Source: Tricharina praecox
Lineage: Eukaryota
NCBI RefSeq assembly: GCF_024521635.1
Contig: NW_026250407.1
Coordinates: forward strand, 1,612,001 to 1,676,000
DNA length: 64,000 bases
Direction of reading: 5' to 3'
Under the pieces are notes generated by a model. That model did no database searches, was not told where the DNA came from, and saw nothing but the letters and a program-made list of their open reading frames with translations. Position numbers and translations under genes: made by a program. Shown in pieces: positions 24,265-35,955 of this stretch; the first letter of the stretch is position 1; each line of letters opens with the position of its first letter.

Positions 24265-27200
24265 CTATTTCTTCAGGATCCAGTCGCGAATGTTGGAAGC
24301 CTTGCGGCTGAAACTTCGGCGAGGGCGGCGGAAATATCCCTCCTTGGCTCCCTCGTCTTCGGTCGCAGAGACACTGGCATTTGCAGTTCCGGCACTTGTA
24401 ACTGGCTGTCCGGCGTTGCTGGTGTTATCGTCAGTTTGTATGAAACAGGGACAACTGAAAGCCCTCCTCCTCAGCTCGTTCCTCTCCCTCGGGACTTCTT
24501 CGGTAGCGGTGACAATCGAACCACAGCGTAGACGATTGAAGACGTTATACTTGGAGGTTGTAGGTATAACCGCGGAAGCCGTAGCCTCCTGCTCGCCAGT
24601 AACGGGATCCGTACTGCTAGAACTAACGGTGTCGGAGGGCGTCGTGATGGACTCTGGGTAGTGCTCTAGATCTGTAGTAGAATTGAATCTACTGGGATCA
24701 ATGGAACGAGCAACGTGTGCATGGCGACTGATCCTCGGGCGCTCGGTGAAAAAGGTACTGCTCCTGCTAGAACCAACGGTGTCGGAGGTTGTCGTGCTGG
24801 ACTCGGGGTAGTAGCCTAGATCTGTAGTAGAATTAAATCTAGCGGGATCAATGGAACGGGTAACGGCTCCACCGCGACTCGTACTTGTGCGCTCGTCGAA
24901 AAAAGTACTGCTCCTCCTCACAGAATCGATATCCGAGAGATCACTGTTGAAGCTAACTCTCTTCTTAGCGGACTCTGGAGTTGCCGGACTCTCCTGGGTG
25001 GTGTCACTATTCTGGCTCCTCGAGGGCGATTTGAGGATTGACTTCGGTGGCGTGGGAGTTGGAGTAAGCGCACTTGAATGACGACGTCGATTCGGAACGA
25101 TGTCATTAGGCTGCATCGAGGTAATGGCTCGCGGGAGGCCAGCTTCGGGCGAATTGCTCATCCGGAACTCAGATGGAAGGGAAGCTCTCGAGCGCCCGGG
25201 ACGATGGCGGAACACCTGTGGAGGGGTGCGGTAAGCCGACGGACTACCTGTTCGGTCAAGGAGCTCAAATGGCATCAGGCGATCAGTAGGCGCGGCACTC
25301 TTTTCGTTGAAACCTGTGGTATCAATCGCCTTGCCTTTTCCTTTCGAGTCGGGATGTGCGAATGCGGTGGTAGTAGCCGTCGGTTCATTGTAGCCTGTGT
25401 AATCGATCTCCTTTCCTTTTGCTTTCAAGTCGGGATGTGGGAAAACGTATGACATCGATTTCTCGCGTTCAAGCCTCTGATTCCTGGAGCGAAGCATAAT
25501 GTCTGTGGAAGAAGGCGGTGGGGCTGGTTCCTCTTCCGACAAGACTTGATTGGTAGACTGCATCTGACTAAAGATAGGTGGAGACCAACGAGTCATGGCC
25601 ATGGTCTGTTTTGACTCTTCATTGCGGACGTCCGTAGACTCCTTGGGTGGGTTCGAAAGTATGTCAGACTGTAAAGAAACTCCAGAATCGGCATCAATCT
25701 CTAGAGCGAGCGCTTCCAACGTCGATGAAATATCCATTCCATCTTCGGCATCCATGTATACGCTAGAGCTTGAGCTACTGTTCGCAGGCGATCTCGTGAA
25801 ACTCAGAGGCGAATCAGGTGGCCATTCACCCGGAAAGCTGATATCCCTCTCGATGTAACTGCGACCAATCTCGTATTCCGGTGTTAACATGCGTATCGTT
25901 TGGCGAGGTTCGGCAGAGCTGCTAGAATCCTTCTTGATCGATGATCCACCTGAATCTGGCTGACGTCTAGCTGCGAAATATACCGAGGAAGTGGCGTTTG
26001 GGGAAACCTCGTCTTCTTCTACCGTATGTCCGTATTCATGATGCGATTCATGAGCGTTGGTGGCCTTCACGGTCTCGTCGGACTTATCACTCTCGGCTTT
26101 CTCGTAGTATGACAGAAACGCTACCGGATCCCACGATTCACGGTCTGGCTGGTCGCGTACTGGCTCGTAGATATCTGGTTCGTCGTTGTCAGGCTCGTCG
26201 TACTGAGGCTCGTCGCGGTCAGGCTCGTCGGTCTCTGACTCGTCGCGCTGTGGCTCTTCGTCCACTAGACTCATCGGATCCTCGTCCAGAAACTCGAAAT
26301 CCGCATCAAGGTCTTCACCCGCCGCTGGAACGTATCCATGCTGCTCAACCGCTTCTTCGCGTAGCTTGCGCACGATAGCTCTTCTCCTCTCTACCTCCGC
26401 TTCATCTCCCCCGTCTCCGAGCTCAGAGTTCTCGGTCCCATCTACCACCTTCTTGGATGTGGTTTCCCCATCATCCCGAATCCCATTCTGGATTCTCCGG
26501 TGTAGTGTCAACAACAGTGGAACGACTGTGTTCTTCTTGTGGACCATCATCACTGCTCGGGGGTAGGCATCTTTGAGGTAATCGTCGCGAAGCGAGTTCG
26601 CAACGGCGAAAGCCGCAACGCAACGATCCCCCAAGCGCACCATCTGGGTGAGAATCCTCTTTACCTCCTCTCTCAACACCAGCAACCCGCTGCTGCTGTG
26701 CGACTCACCGCCGTTCAGCAACAGCTCGATCATCATGAGCGATCCGTGGATACGCTCATAATGACCGGTGACTACGAGGACCTCCTGCAGGGAGAGAGCC
26801 CACTTCTCCCGCGCCTCGTAGTCACGGTGGCCGGTGAGGATCGAGAGGCGAGCCTGCGCAGCGTTACGGCGTCCTCCGAGGTTCGCTCCCGGGTGGTAAG
26901 ACGTGGTGGCAGTCGTGAAAGGTCGCGAGACCTTCTCGACCACCGCCGCAGGCAGACGATCGCTCTTCATCACCGCCGTCCCTTCCGCCCCGGTTGCGCT
27001 GGGAGAAGGTGACTCATGAGCAACCATGGAGTTCTGCTGCTCAGGCTCGGATTTCTTGCCGAGTCGCCCGTGGAACAACCTCGATGCAAGTCCCGCCTTC
27101 TTGGCATGGGCACCGGAAGCACCCGAGCCGCCACTCACATCCCCCGAAGAACTCGCAAAGCTCTGTGCCGCTGAGCCGCGAACAGAGCTCTCTGGCTCAT

Positions 27201-27537
27201 CCGACGTCGCCACTTCCTTCCCCTTTCCCTTTCCCAATCTGCCTGCAGCGGCGAACACCTGCCGAGCAAACCGTAAACCACTAGTTGGAATCTCGGTGCC
27301 GGCTGGTGTTTGTGCTGGTGGGTCACGACTGGGAGGGTTCAGGTGCCGTGACTGCTCACGTGTACCCGAGGGGCCGAAAACCGATCCCGCAGTGCTACGC
27401 ACCTGCTGGGCGGCTTGTGGACGACGACGACCGGTCCGCGGAGGAGTGTATGCCAGAGCGCTGGCATACTCTGCGGCGTTTGGCGGCATGTGCGCGGGCT
27501 GCTCGGCGATGTAGGAGGCGCGGCGGGCGTTGAACAT
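24265..27537 (-). CDS. Large Ser-rich, low-complexity hypothetical protein (1090 aa) with internal repeats
   Basis: Uninterrupted 3.3-kb ORF. Helical central region, acidic DEP repeats, KGK(G)K motifs, and a duplicated 40-aa unit RSSTFF...RSIDPxRFNSTTDLxxYPESxTT. Confidence 0.8.
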   Translation of the reverse strand: MFNARRASYIAEQPAHMPPNAAEYASALAYTPPRTGRRRPQAAQQVRSTAGSVFGPSGTREQSRHLNPPSRDPPAQTPAGTEIPTSGLRFARQVFAAAGRLGKGKGKEVATSDEPESSVRGSAAQSFASSSGDVSGGSGASGAHAKKAGLASRLFHGRLGKKSEPEQQNSMVAHESPSPSATGAEGTAVMKSDRLPAAVVEKVSRPFTTATTSYHPGANLGGRRNAAQARLSILTGHRDYEAREKWALSLQEVLVVTGHYERIHGSLMMIELLLNGGESHSSSGLLVLREEVKRILTQMVRLGDRCVAAFAVANSLRDDYLKDAYPRAVMMVHKKNTVVPLLLTLHRRIQNGIRDDGETTSKKVVDGTENSELGDGGDEAEVERRRAIVRKLREEAVEQHGYVPAAGEDLDADFEFLDEDPMSLVDEEPQRDESETDEPDRDEPQYDEPDNDEPDIYEPVRDQPDRESWDPVAFLSYYEKAESDKSDETVKATNAHESHHEYGHTVEEDEVSPNATSSVYFAARRQPDSGGSSIKKDSSSSAEPRQTIRMLTPEYEIGRSYIERDISFPGEWPPDSPLSFTRSPANSSSSSSVYMDAEDGMDISSTLEALALEIDADSGVSLQSDILSNPPKESTDVRNEESKQTMAMTRWSPPIFSQMQSTNQVLSEEEPAPPPSSTDIMLRSRNQRLEREKSMSYVFPHPDLKAKGKEIDYTGYNEPTATTTAFAHPDSKGKGKAIDTTGFNEKSAAPTDRLMPFELLDRTGSPSAYRTPPQVFRHRPGRSRASLPSEFRMSNSPEAGLPRAITSMQPNDIVPNRRRHSSALTPTPTPPKSILKSPSRSQNSDTTQESPATPESAKKRVSFNSDLSDIDSVRRSSTFFDERTSTSRGGAVTRSIDPARFNSTTDLGYYPESSTTTSDTVGSSRSSTFFTERPRISRHAHVARSIDPSRFNSTTDLEHYPESITTPSDTVSSSSTDPVTGEQEATASAVIPTTSKYNVFNRLRCGSIVTATEEVPRERNELRRRAFSCPCFIQTDDNTSNAGQPVTSAGTANASVSATEDEGAKEGYFRRPRRSFSRKASNIRDWILKK

Positions 27538-29019
27538 CTCGAAACCGCGTTCTCGCTGGTAGTATTAGATTTTTTTGACCACAAGACCGGTGCTGATACA
27601 GCTCTGCTCTGTGCTGGGTGTACTTACTGTTCTTCCCTCGTCCGTTCTTTTCTCGGCTCCTCTGCACTGACGCTTCCTCCGAAGCGGCTCACACGAATCT
27701 GGTGGAAGTGGTTAATGGTGGGGATCAGAGCGTGGTGGGGATGAGCGTGGTGGGGGTCAGAGCGTGGTAGTGACAGTAAGAATGGTAGGAGTGAACAGTG
27801 GAGGGAGAAGGAGTAGGAGTGGAGGGTTTTGGGGAAGGAGTACGTCAGATGGGGATAGCGCGGGTTTCTTCATATCGAAGCTTCGCTGTTTTCCCGCTAG
27901 GGTTCCATCACGTGGTCAGTTTTTTCTCTGAGTGAGGTGAAGTGACGGCTTACATTTTCTCTCCAAGTGATTTGGAGTGATGGCGTATTCACCAACAGCT
28001 CTACTTAATTGAGTGAGTAAAAGTCGACCATCGGAAGCGAGTGATTACCTATGAGCTGTGGATGCCACGGATGCCGATACTCAGCAAGGAGGAGGTGATG
28101 CGGCAATAGCCGCAGAATAGACAACCCCCGTGCAGCAGATTGCCGCACATGTCCAGGCCCCGCAGGGCCAGCGTCAGAAACTGGCGCGGACTGTGTCATC
28201 GCTGGCCATTCTTGGCCACCGGGCAACATCCCGGAAACTGATGCCAGCCGACACATCCGAATCTAGTACGAGTCAGTATGAGCGCAAGTCATAAGCGTGA
28301 TAAACTGAATGCTTACCAGATTCAAGTCGGATGCGACCGAGAGTCCGTGCCGGAATGGATCCGACGTTGTTCAACGTCGATACTGTGGTCTCTACCTATC
28401 AGCCTTTTTCCTTCCAGTCGCGTTGTATCGGAAATTTTCTTCTGATGCCAGCCATGTTATTCTCGCAACATCGGGCTTTGAGAAGCTGTCTTCGTGCGAT
28501 AACGTCGCAGAATGGTGGGCTCACCTGCGAAATATATCGCTGGACACAAGGTGTGTCGTTAACTGGGTACAATGTGTACACGAAAAGGAAGGGACATTTT
28601 GGCACTGGGGAGGATGTAAGATAGGCGGAAGAGACAGGCAGCGGAAGGGCGGAATTTCCCTTGGTTTTCTTCAGTCGTGGCGGTCACGTGGTAGCTGATA
28701 CACGTGACCAATTCTACCCGGCCGAAGATTATATACACGTCTCCCGTAGCCCTAGGGTGCAACTTTAAGGCTTCGGATATCACCAGTTTCACTGCCTTGT
28801 CACCACCTGAGATCTGCACCCTAGCGCCAATTAAGCCACCCACGTGATTGGCGCGTGTGCGAGATATGTATTCGCAGGTGTGCCTTCCAATCCGCAACCA
28901 AATCGGACCCAAGGTTGGATTTGTAGTCGTTGATATCTCGACTAGGCACAGAATGTTGTTGTTTTGACCACAAGTAATGGCTTGCGGGATCTCTTTCAAA
29001 TGCGCGAAACAGCCTGAGC

Positions 29020-29350
29020 CTTACAACAGGAAGAAATATCCGATGGGTAGAACAACGGACTTTGTTCCTCTGTGAGAGAAGCGGAAGTGGCCAATTGTCC
29101 TGGGTCAGCTATCAAAACTTCGGGTGCGAGGTAATACTGGATCATGAAATATAACGTTGCTCCTACACGGATATTTAATCTATCACTCGACCTTCCGAAA
29201 CTGACCCCTTCAGTCCCATCCATTGATTCTCGCGCTTTTCCCGTGCGGTACTGTGACGATCCCAGCTCCTCATCCTTTTGATGGTAAGCTTGTATTGCGC
29301 ATTCCTGCCCTAACGGGAAGCCGGCAGTGAAGTCTTGCAACCTATGGGAT
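29020..29350 (-). repeat. Decayed dispersed repeat X; second copy at about 36260-36620 in the same orientation
   Basis: Shared blocks gatatttaa.ctat..ctcgac, tcagtcccatc.att.attctcgcgctttt and ttttga.ggtaagcttgtattg. Confidence 0.7.
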
Positions 29351-30243
29351 TCTCTACATTCTAATCTTCTGACCAAATCAACTCATGATGAACAGATACT
29401 GTCAGGTGTAGACGTCCGATCGCTCCAGGGAAGTTCTGGTGCCGTGGGATTTGTGTTTAATCAGTAATTGCTTGTGACCTAATTAAATCATGGCAATATA
29501 TGTACACACCCCGGAACCCTGCCACCGTCCGACCCGACTTCCATCGTGTGTCCCGATGTGGCTTTCCCTGCCCCCCCGCCGTGGCCTGTACCAGCGATGT
29601 ACGACCGCACCAAGGAGATGACACTAGGAGAAACCAAATTTCACTCCCTCGACTCGTCTCTGCCTCATCGCAGGTCCCTAGTCGTCACCACTTCCTGCCT
29701 CTTCTAAAAGGGATGCCATGAAGGAACCGGCTCCTCAGCCTCAGCACACTGCTCCTCCTCTCGTCTCAGATGTTGTAATATCTCACTCGTTGTTTCTTCG
29801 GCGTTCGCCACAGTCTAGATAGGATGCATGCGAAACAAAACAGGAAGATCTCTCTCTCTCACTCGTTGTTTGGTTGTTTACGCGGTCATGACGTCCGACG
29901 GGGAGCACTGGTCGCCGATCACCCGTCTTTTATGTATTCTCTCGAGGCTTCGGACTCACAAAACACAACAATAATTACAATACCTGTTCACCCATTCCAA
30001 CAGTGGACACGGCTAAACATCAACTGTCACGCGGCCTCTAGCCCGAGGTTGGAATCGAACCATCTTCAGTCACCTCGAGTACCATTTACACCTACAACAA
30101 CACCGACGCACAAGCCACTATTGAGAGAATGATGGCTCACGATGCACCTGGCCCTCCATGGCCAGTAGTACAGCCTCCAGGCACGGAAGCACATCGCCAC
30201 TCTCCGCCAGCGGCCAAAGGGAACCTGAAATCATCACTGAGAA

Positions 30244-30921
30244 TTGAGATCAGATGGTGCCCAGCACAAAATTCATAAAGATTTCCCTGGGAGCTACAAG
30301 GCGGATGGGACGAATGGGCTAAACTGGCAGCCGACAACCCTATGTACGGCTCGCGGAGTGGAAGAGATCCGCTACTATCTGCAACAGTATGGCACCCGAC
30401 CTCCGCCACTGTACCCCCGTATATCGCTTGCCTATCTGCCTGAGCGTGTCATCTCGGAAGCTAAGTGGAAGGAAGCGAAGACATGGGCGGACAGGACAGC
30501 AACGCCAATCACAAGAAGTATCGGTGTGACAGCCGTAAATCTGGCCACTGCAGTAAATCCTGAGATGGGCCCCCAAAGGCCAAGCGGGGCCTGGCCTCGA
30601 GATTCTTCATTCTACCAACTGAACACAGGACACAGCCTCACCAGCCAGTCAGCACCTCCAATGCACTCAGAAGCGCCCCAATGCCCTCCGCAGGTTGCGG
30701 CACGTGCCGGTATGTACGGCGGTACAAAACGCAGCCCCGGGAATTCGAATACCTCTTCAAAAACTGTCATGAATGGAAAAGTCAATAAGCTGCAAAAGAC
30801 ACTATGGGCATTGGGGCAGAAGTCACGAAGCAGAAGTCAGGAAGCAGGCAAGACAAGACAAGCCGGGGCAAACTTCAAACCTTCAAGGACCGCTTCAAAC
30901 TCCGGGACGTCAGATCTTTGA
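30244..30921 (+). CDS. Hypothetical protein; true start uncertain, an upstream ATG near 30129 is in another frame
   Basis: 225-codon ORF with a plausible globular N-terminal half (LCTARGVEEIRYYLQQYG...KWKEAKTWA). No known motif. Confidence 0.4.
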   Translation: MRSDGAQHKIHKDFPGSYKADGTNGLNWQPTTLCTARGVEEIRYYLQQYGTRPPPLYPRISLAYLPERVISEAKWKEAKTWADRTATPITRSIGVTAVNLATAVNPEMGPQRPSGAWPRDSSFYQLNTGHSLTSQSAPPMHSEAPQCPPQVAARAGMYGGTKRSPGNSNTSSKTVMNGKVNKLQKTLWALGQKSRSRSQEAGKTRQAGANFKPSRTASNSGTSDL

Positions 30922-32080
30922 AGTTTGCAGACGAGCGGTGCAGACGAGCGGTGCAGCAAGGCCATCCGAGACTTCATTCCCTCCACTGTTGTGGCCCGTG
31001 GATAGGCGGATTCTAAAGACTTCGGACTGATGAGGAAGATATAGCAAGTGAGGTGTCGGAGAATGGAGTGGGAGCTGAGGGAGCGGGAAGAGAGAGCGGA
31101 GAGAGCGGAGCTGACGCGACTCGACCAGGAGGAGGTGGAGGACGGTGCGGAATTTGAGGGGTCAGGCGGCAGGCGATGTAGAATAGCGGACGTGAGATGT
31201 GGGACGCAGGTGGGAAGACTCGAGGCGCGGGGGCAAGTGTACGGGGGGCGCGGATACGGGGCGAACGGTGGAGATGGACGTGGCGAGAGGGAACGATTGT
31301 TGCTCATTCGTAGCTCCGTCTCTGCTTGGTGATCTCATATACTTTCGGGGAAAGGCCAGGGCGAAGACGGCAGGGAAACTCACCTCGGGCCGCTCAGTGA
31401 AAGCTGTCTAGATAGGTCGCATGTAATTACTGATTAAACAACAAAAACAAAGCGGATAGTGCGTGTGGCGGTGCATAGGGCGGCGATGATACTATCGGTG
31501 ATGAGTATTGTGCCAGCGACGGTGACGGTGACGGGTACATACGATGTGTGAAACCAGTGATCGGGAGACAGTGGTGATGCGGATACGCTCGCGTGAGCGG
31601 ATGATGGACATCGTGACTTCCTAGATGTCTTGAAGTTGCTTGGGCGATGAGGTGATGTCTAGCGTTGAGCGATGTGACTTCTCGTGAGAAGGGGAGGCGG
31701 AGGATGGAGAGAGGAGGGGGTATATGTTTATTTGTCGGCGGGGAAGGGGGGAGGAAAGAGCGAACTCCGGCTCTAGGCTGTATGAAGAATAGATAAATAA
31801 ATAAATGTGACTTCACGTGGAAACGGCTAAACACTGGCTGTCATTCGGCCTCTAGCCCTTAGGCTTGGAAACAACGCCGCCTCGAGCAGCTGATGACCTT
31901 TAGCGATAAACACCGCTTCACTTCTCCTCCCACCTCTCTTCTTCCTCTTTTCCCTCCATCTCTCCTCCCATCCACCACAACCCCCCAACTCCTGCTTCCA
32001 CCACCACACATCTTCTGAAACCACCACACATCTTTCTCACCACTGCACGCTTCAGTTACTGATAGCAAACCACGAGAACA

Positions 32081-34198
32081 ATGGATAAAGCACGCAGCGT
32101 GCAGATGAGTAAACGCGGTGCAGAAAACGGCGAGAACACCAGCGAGAAACAACCCAAAGCTGCTACGCGTTCCCCACTGGCGTCAGTAACTAACAACGTC
32201 GTCCCACCGAAGACCAATCCCGCTGCCATTCCCTTGCCGAGATATCGTATGGGATCTGGATCGGGATCTGACACCCTTCGGTTGAAGAAACGGAGATGCG
32301 GCACCTCCGACCCGAAGAACATAGACACAAACACAAACACTCCATCTCCTGAAGGACCGAGTAGTCGAAGGGTGCGATTGACGGACGATAGCCCACTCAC
32401 ACCTGCTGCTGCCCCAGCCACCGAGATGAATGTTTCGACGGAGTTGAACCAGACGAAGAAGACGAAGGACTCCAAGGAGTCGAATGAAACGAATGAATCC
32501 AAAGATTCGAAGATGACGAAGGAGTCCAAAGAGAAGAATGATTTCACTGAGAAGAAGGAGTCGACCGAGAAGAAGTCGACCGAGACGACCGACTTGAAGG
32601 AGCTGAAGGAGAGGATATCACGGCTATCCGAGAATTTGATGGCACGAGGACGCAGCCCTAGCACGAGTGCAGTGAAGGCGGGTTTCAATATGCCGATTGA
32701 AACACAGAGGCAGTGGTGGTCCGGGGAGACGGTGGGAGGGGAAGGGAACCGTGAAATGAACGGTTTTAAGACCAGTCTCGATACCTTCAGGGAGAAGCTC
32801 GACGAGCCGTTTGATAAGCAGGGGTGGCGAAAATCCGAGAAGGTGAGCGATTCCCCACTTAGTCCATCCACAGCCACTGATCTGAATGTCGTGACACAGT
32901 CGAAGGAATCGAAAGATTCGAAGGAGACAGAGGCGAAGAGCGAGCCGGTGGAGATGAGCGAGACGGAGGAGAAGAGCGAGCCAAAGAAGAAGAACGAGCA
33001 GAAGGACGTGAAGCCCGTGAGGGAGTCGATAGCACGGCTATCCGAGAAGCTTCTGGTACGTGAAGGCGACCTTGGCACGGATGTATTTCAGCTGTCATTC
33101 GATAAGAATATTGAAACTCAGATGCGGTGCGGCTCGGAGGAGCTGGTGGCAGTTGCACGCAGGCATGGCATGGATTCGTATAAGACGGGACTCAATGATT
33201 TCAGGGCCAGTCTCAACGAGAAGGTTGAGAAGCAGAAGAAGCGAACCGAGGAGCTGGTGCGAGCTCAACACAGGCGGAACTTGGATTCCTATAAGACGGG
33301 ACACGTTGTCTTTCGGGAGAGACTGAATTCGAAGGTTGAGGGTATGAGGCGGCAGCGATTCGAGAGGATGAAGAATGCTGCAACGAAGAACGCCCAGGAA
33401 AAAGCTCAACTGGGATGGGTGATAACGAAAGACAAGGAAGGAAGATTGGGCCTAGAGAGGAAGAACGTGTCTCCTTGCACGAGACAGAGCTTGAGCTCGC
33501 ATGCCAGATTCGTGGATGCAGCGGAGACCAAATCCGTCGAGGACCGCAGAACAGGACAGAGAGTTACATCTTCCCCGCTCGCGCTAGCATCCAATGGAGT
33601 CGTGGTAGTGAGAGCAACGCCCGCTATCCTCCCACCGAGATTGGGCTTTGGGTCCGGGTCCGACTTCAGTCTGTCGAGGAAACGGCGACGGAGCAGCTCC
33701 GATTCCACAGGCTCTCTAGTAGAGCCGGATAATCGACGAGTACGATTTACGAACGATGATGATGCACCCGCACCCGCTCGGCGTCCGAAGCCCACGCCAT
33801 CATACACGCAAATGGTGACCTCGCGCAGTTACGTCCCGCCGCCCGCAAACACCTGGCCAGCGAAAGGTCTCCTCCGAGCCCCGGCAGTCTTCGACTTCGC
33901 GCCGGACACCCGTAGCTCTCCGAACCGATTTCAGCGTCCGGATGCGGAATCCCCGCTTCTTACCCTCACGAGGGAGGATAAGTGCAGGATCAGGAAGCTG
34001 CAGGAGTTGAAGGCGGAGTTTGATCTGACTAGGGCCAGAGCCAGGTCGATCGTTCATCAGGCGGATGTGATTATGGACGATTTCTCCCCGAGGTTGAGGG
34101 GGAAGATCGAGAGCATGGGGGTCGGGCCGGATCCGACGCAGGGCCTGGGCTTCGACGAGGAGGACAACGGGGAGAATGAGGACGACGAGGACGAATAG
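32081..34198 (+). CDS. Hypothetical Lys/Glu/Ser-rich protein (705 aa) built from internal duplications
   Basis: Long ATG ORF. Duplicated modules ERISRLSENL..IETQ..FKTSL..FREKL / ESIARLSEKL..IETQ..YKTGL..FRASL and SPLA..PR.G.GSGSD..KRR..RRVR.T.D. The C-terminus is conserved in a paralog at 63852-64000. Confidence 0.8.
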   Translation: MDKARSVQMSKRGAENGENTSEKQPKAATRSPLASVTNNVVPPKTNPAAIPLPRYRMGSGSGSDTLRLKKRRCGTSDPKNIDTNTNTPSPEGPSSRRVRLTDDSPLTPAAAPATEMNVSTELNQTKKTKDSKESNETNESKDSKMTKESKEKNDFTEKKESTEKKSTETTDLKELKERISRLSENLMARGRSPSTSAVKAGFNMPIETQRQWWSGETVGGEGNREMNGFKTSLDTFREKLDEPFDKQGWRKSEKVSDSPLSPSTATDLNVVTQSKESKDSKETEAKSEPVEMSETEEKSEPKKKNEQKDVKPVRESIARLSEKLLVREGDLGTDVFQLSFDKNIETQMRCGSEELVAVARRHGMDSYKTGLNDFRASLNEKVEKQKKRTEELVRAQHRRNLDSYKTGHVVFRERLNSKVEGMRRQRFERMKNAATKNAQEKAQLGWVITKDKEGRLGLERKNVSPCTRQSLSSHARFVDAAETKSVEDRRTGQRVTSSPLALASNGVVVVRATPAILPPRLGFGSGSDFSLSRKRRRSSSDSTGSLVEPDNRRVRFTNDDDAPAPARRPKPTPSYTQMVTSRSYVPPPANTWPAKGLLRAPAVFDFAPDTRSSPNRFQRPDAESPLLTLTREDKCRIRKLQELKAEFDLTRARARSIVHQADVIMDDFSPRLRGKIESMGVGPDPTQGLGFDEEDNGENEDDEDE

Positions 34199-34282
34199 GA
34201 GAACAGTGACGACGAAGAGTATTAATAGCCGGAAAGAGGGTTATGGCGAAGCATAGCTGGTAATTGGGGAGCTTAACCTTTA

Positions 34283-34876
34283 CGGGGACGTTGATCCAGT
34301 TTTTTTTTTGTATGGACGGGTTGATCCACATTAAGCGCAGCAGTATCAGTAAATAATACAAGAGAAAGATCATCAATTGATCGTCGTTTGCATTAATATT
34401 AGACTATACAACGTACGACTTCCGCGGATACCAGTGTTCTACATAGACCAGACCGGTCGGCCTAGGTCGGCCGACGTCGGGTTAACTGCCAATTCTACCA
34501 GCCGCAAAAAATTTCGTAGTTTCTAGCGGTTCTTAGAGCATTTCCGGCTTCAAATTTTGTTTCTTACTCCGACCTATTCCGCCTATGCCTGGTTGATGGG
34601 GATATATCCCGAGCCGACATGAAAATTTATGCTCGGGATATAACCCGACCGACCAGACCAAGTTTTTTTTTGGTCGGGATATATCCCGACCAGACCATAC
34701 CCAAATATGGTCGGGGCTGGTCTATGTAGAATACTGGCGGAGACCAACAGTGCCTACCTAATGTATGCTCCTTTCTGCACGTAGAAGCATAATGGCCTAT
34801 GCCTTTGCATGTTGAGCAGCGGGGTGGAGCACGATCTAGCATACCTGGTAACCCTCAATCATGCTCCTGCTGGTAT
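34283..34876 (-). mobile_element. Relic 3' end of a pogo/Fot1-like (Tc1/mariner) DNA transposon, with MITE A copy 2 nested inside
   Basis: Minus-strand RAPPRCSTCKGIGHYASTC CCHC knuckle of the type ending fungal pogo-like transposases. Putative end TA|cggggacgttgatcca has an internal direct repeat ggacgggttgatcca. Confidence 0.55.
34432..34736 (+). mobile_element. hAT-type MITE family A, copy 2
   Basis: TIR cagtgttctacatagaccag / ctggtctatgtagaatactg. TSD gcggatac / gcggagac (7 of 8). Colinear with 14106-14411. Confidence 0.93.
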
Positions 34877-35269
34877 CAGGCCTGTGAATAGTCCGTCCGG
34901 ACAGAAGACTATTGGGGCCCGGCGATGCCGTCCCGTCTGGGGCGAAGATTTGGCCGGACTAGTCGGGCTCAGTCTCAGGTCCAAAAAGACTGGGGCCCGG
35001 AAACCTCTGGTGCGGTGCCGGGCTAACTGGGAAACCGAAAATTCATCCTTTAGTTCGCCGAACATTTCCACATTCTCCCGGTGGCAACCTGCTGCGCCAC
35101 TACGCCACGACTAGTACCACTAGCAGCATCATTTCAAGGCCCCAATGGGGCTTCAGTTCTCCTCTGGCTTGCCATCCAAGGGGATAGTCCTTGCTATTCC
35201 GTGCCCGACAAATTCCTTTATGTCCGGCGTATAACCCAGGACGGACTGGACGGACGATTCCCAGGCCTG
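34877..35269 (+). mobile_element. hAT-type MITE family C, copy 1 (internally shorter, flanks do not match)
   Basis: Ends caggcctgtgaatagtccgtcc / ggacgattcccaggcctg. Reverse-complement homolog of 47512-48019. Flanks gctggtat vs gatgacac. Confidence 0.88.
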
Positions 35270-35955
35270 GATGACACTAGAAAAAGAGAAATTCCACTCC
35301 CTCGACTCGTCCCTCCCTCACCGCAAGTCCCTAGTCATCACCGCCTCCTACCGCTCTCAAAATCGATGCCATGAAAGAAGGTGTGGGGAGCAACAGCGGA
35401 CTAGAGCCCGGCTCCTCAACTTCAGCACCCCCCCTCCTCCTCTCGCCCCAGTTCCGCACCCTTTCTTCCCGCTCCCTAAGCTCCCACTCGGTGACCTCGC
35501 TCTCTGTATCTTCCTCAGCGGTCTCGGGAATCCGTCTGCCATCATCAGTAGAAGCGAGGAATTCCAGCCTGGCGCTGGTGGAGATCTCGCCGGAGCGTAG
35601 GCGTCCGAGTCATATCTGGTGCCGGACGCCTAGCGACCTGTTGCCATCATGCGTCTTATTACCTGTTCCGGTATCACTCCTACTTTCCACTTTCCTTTAC
35701 CATGTTCCACTATCCCTGTGCATACTCCCCTCGTTTCCTTCGTGGCTTATGTACTTACCATTGACTGTGGCTTCTCAGTATAGTACAATCAGCCTCGTCA
35801 GCTGAAAGCCTTGAACCCCCTGCGCCAGCCGAGTCCGGCGACGAGTATCGTCGCACCCTCAGTCTGGCGCCCGGTCTTCTCCTCGTCCACACGAGCTCGA
35901 TTCCCTTCATAAGTAGTCTTCTTTCTCTTCTTTCTCGTAACAATACATCAATCAA
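35270..35955 (-). pseudogene. Decayed member of orphan family Y; other fragments at 29617-29760 and, inverted, at about 31000-31120
   Basis: EEDTESEVTEWELREREERV here vs EEDIASEV../EWELREREERA at 31 kb. 35270-35380 aligns at the nucleotide level with 29617-29725. Confidence 0.5.

Noticed and set aside
28480..28800. Cytochrome P450-like words on the minus strand (VISEALKLHP, FRPS, RHTLCPAIYFA)
   Set aside because: The ExxR Arg and the FxxGxxxCxG glycines are missing and motif spacing is wrong. Could be chance, and only a translated HMM search could rescue it.
32056..33078. 340-aa antisense ORF and similar shadow ORFs (for example 7728-8366, 27026-27514, 43257-43760)
   Set aside because: They mirror repetitive sense-strand codon usage and have no independent support.
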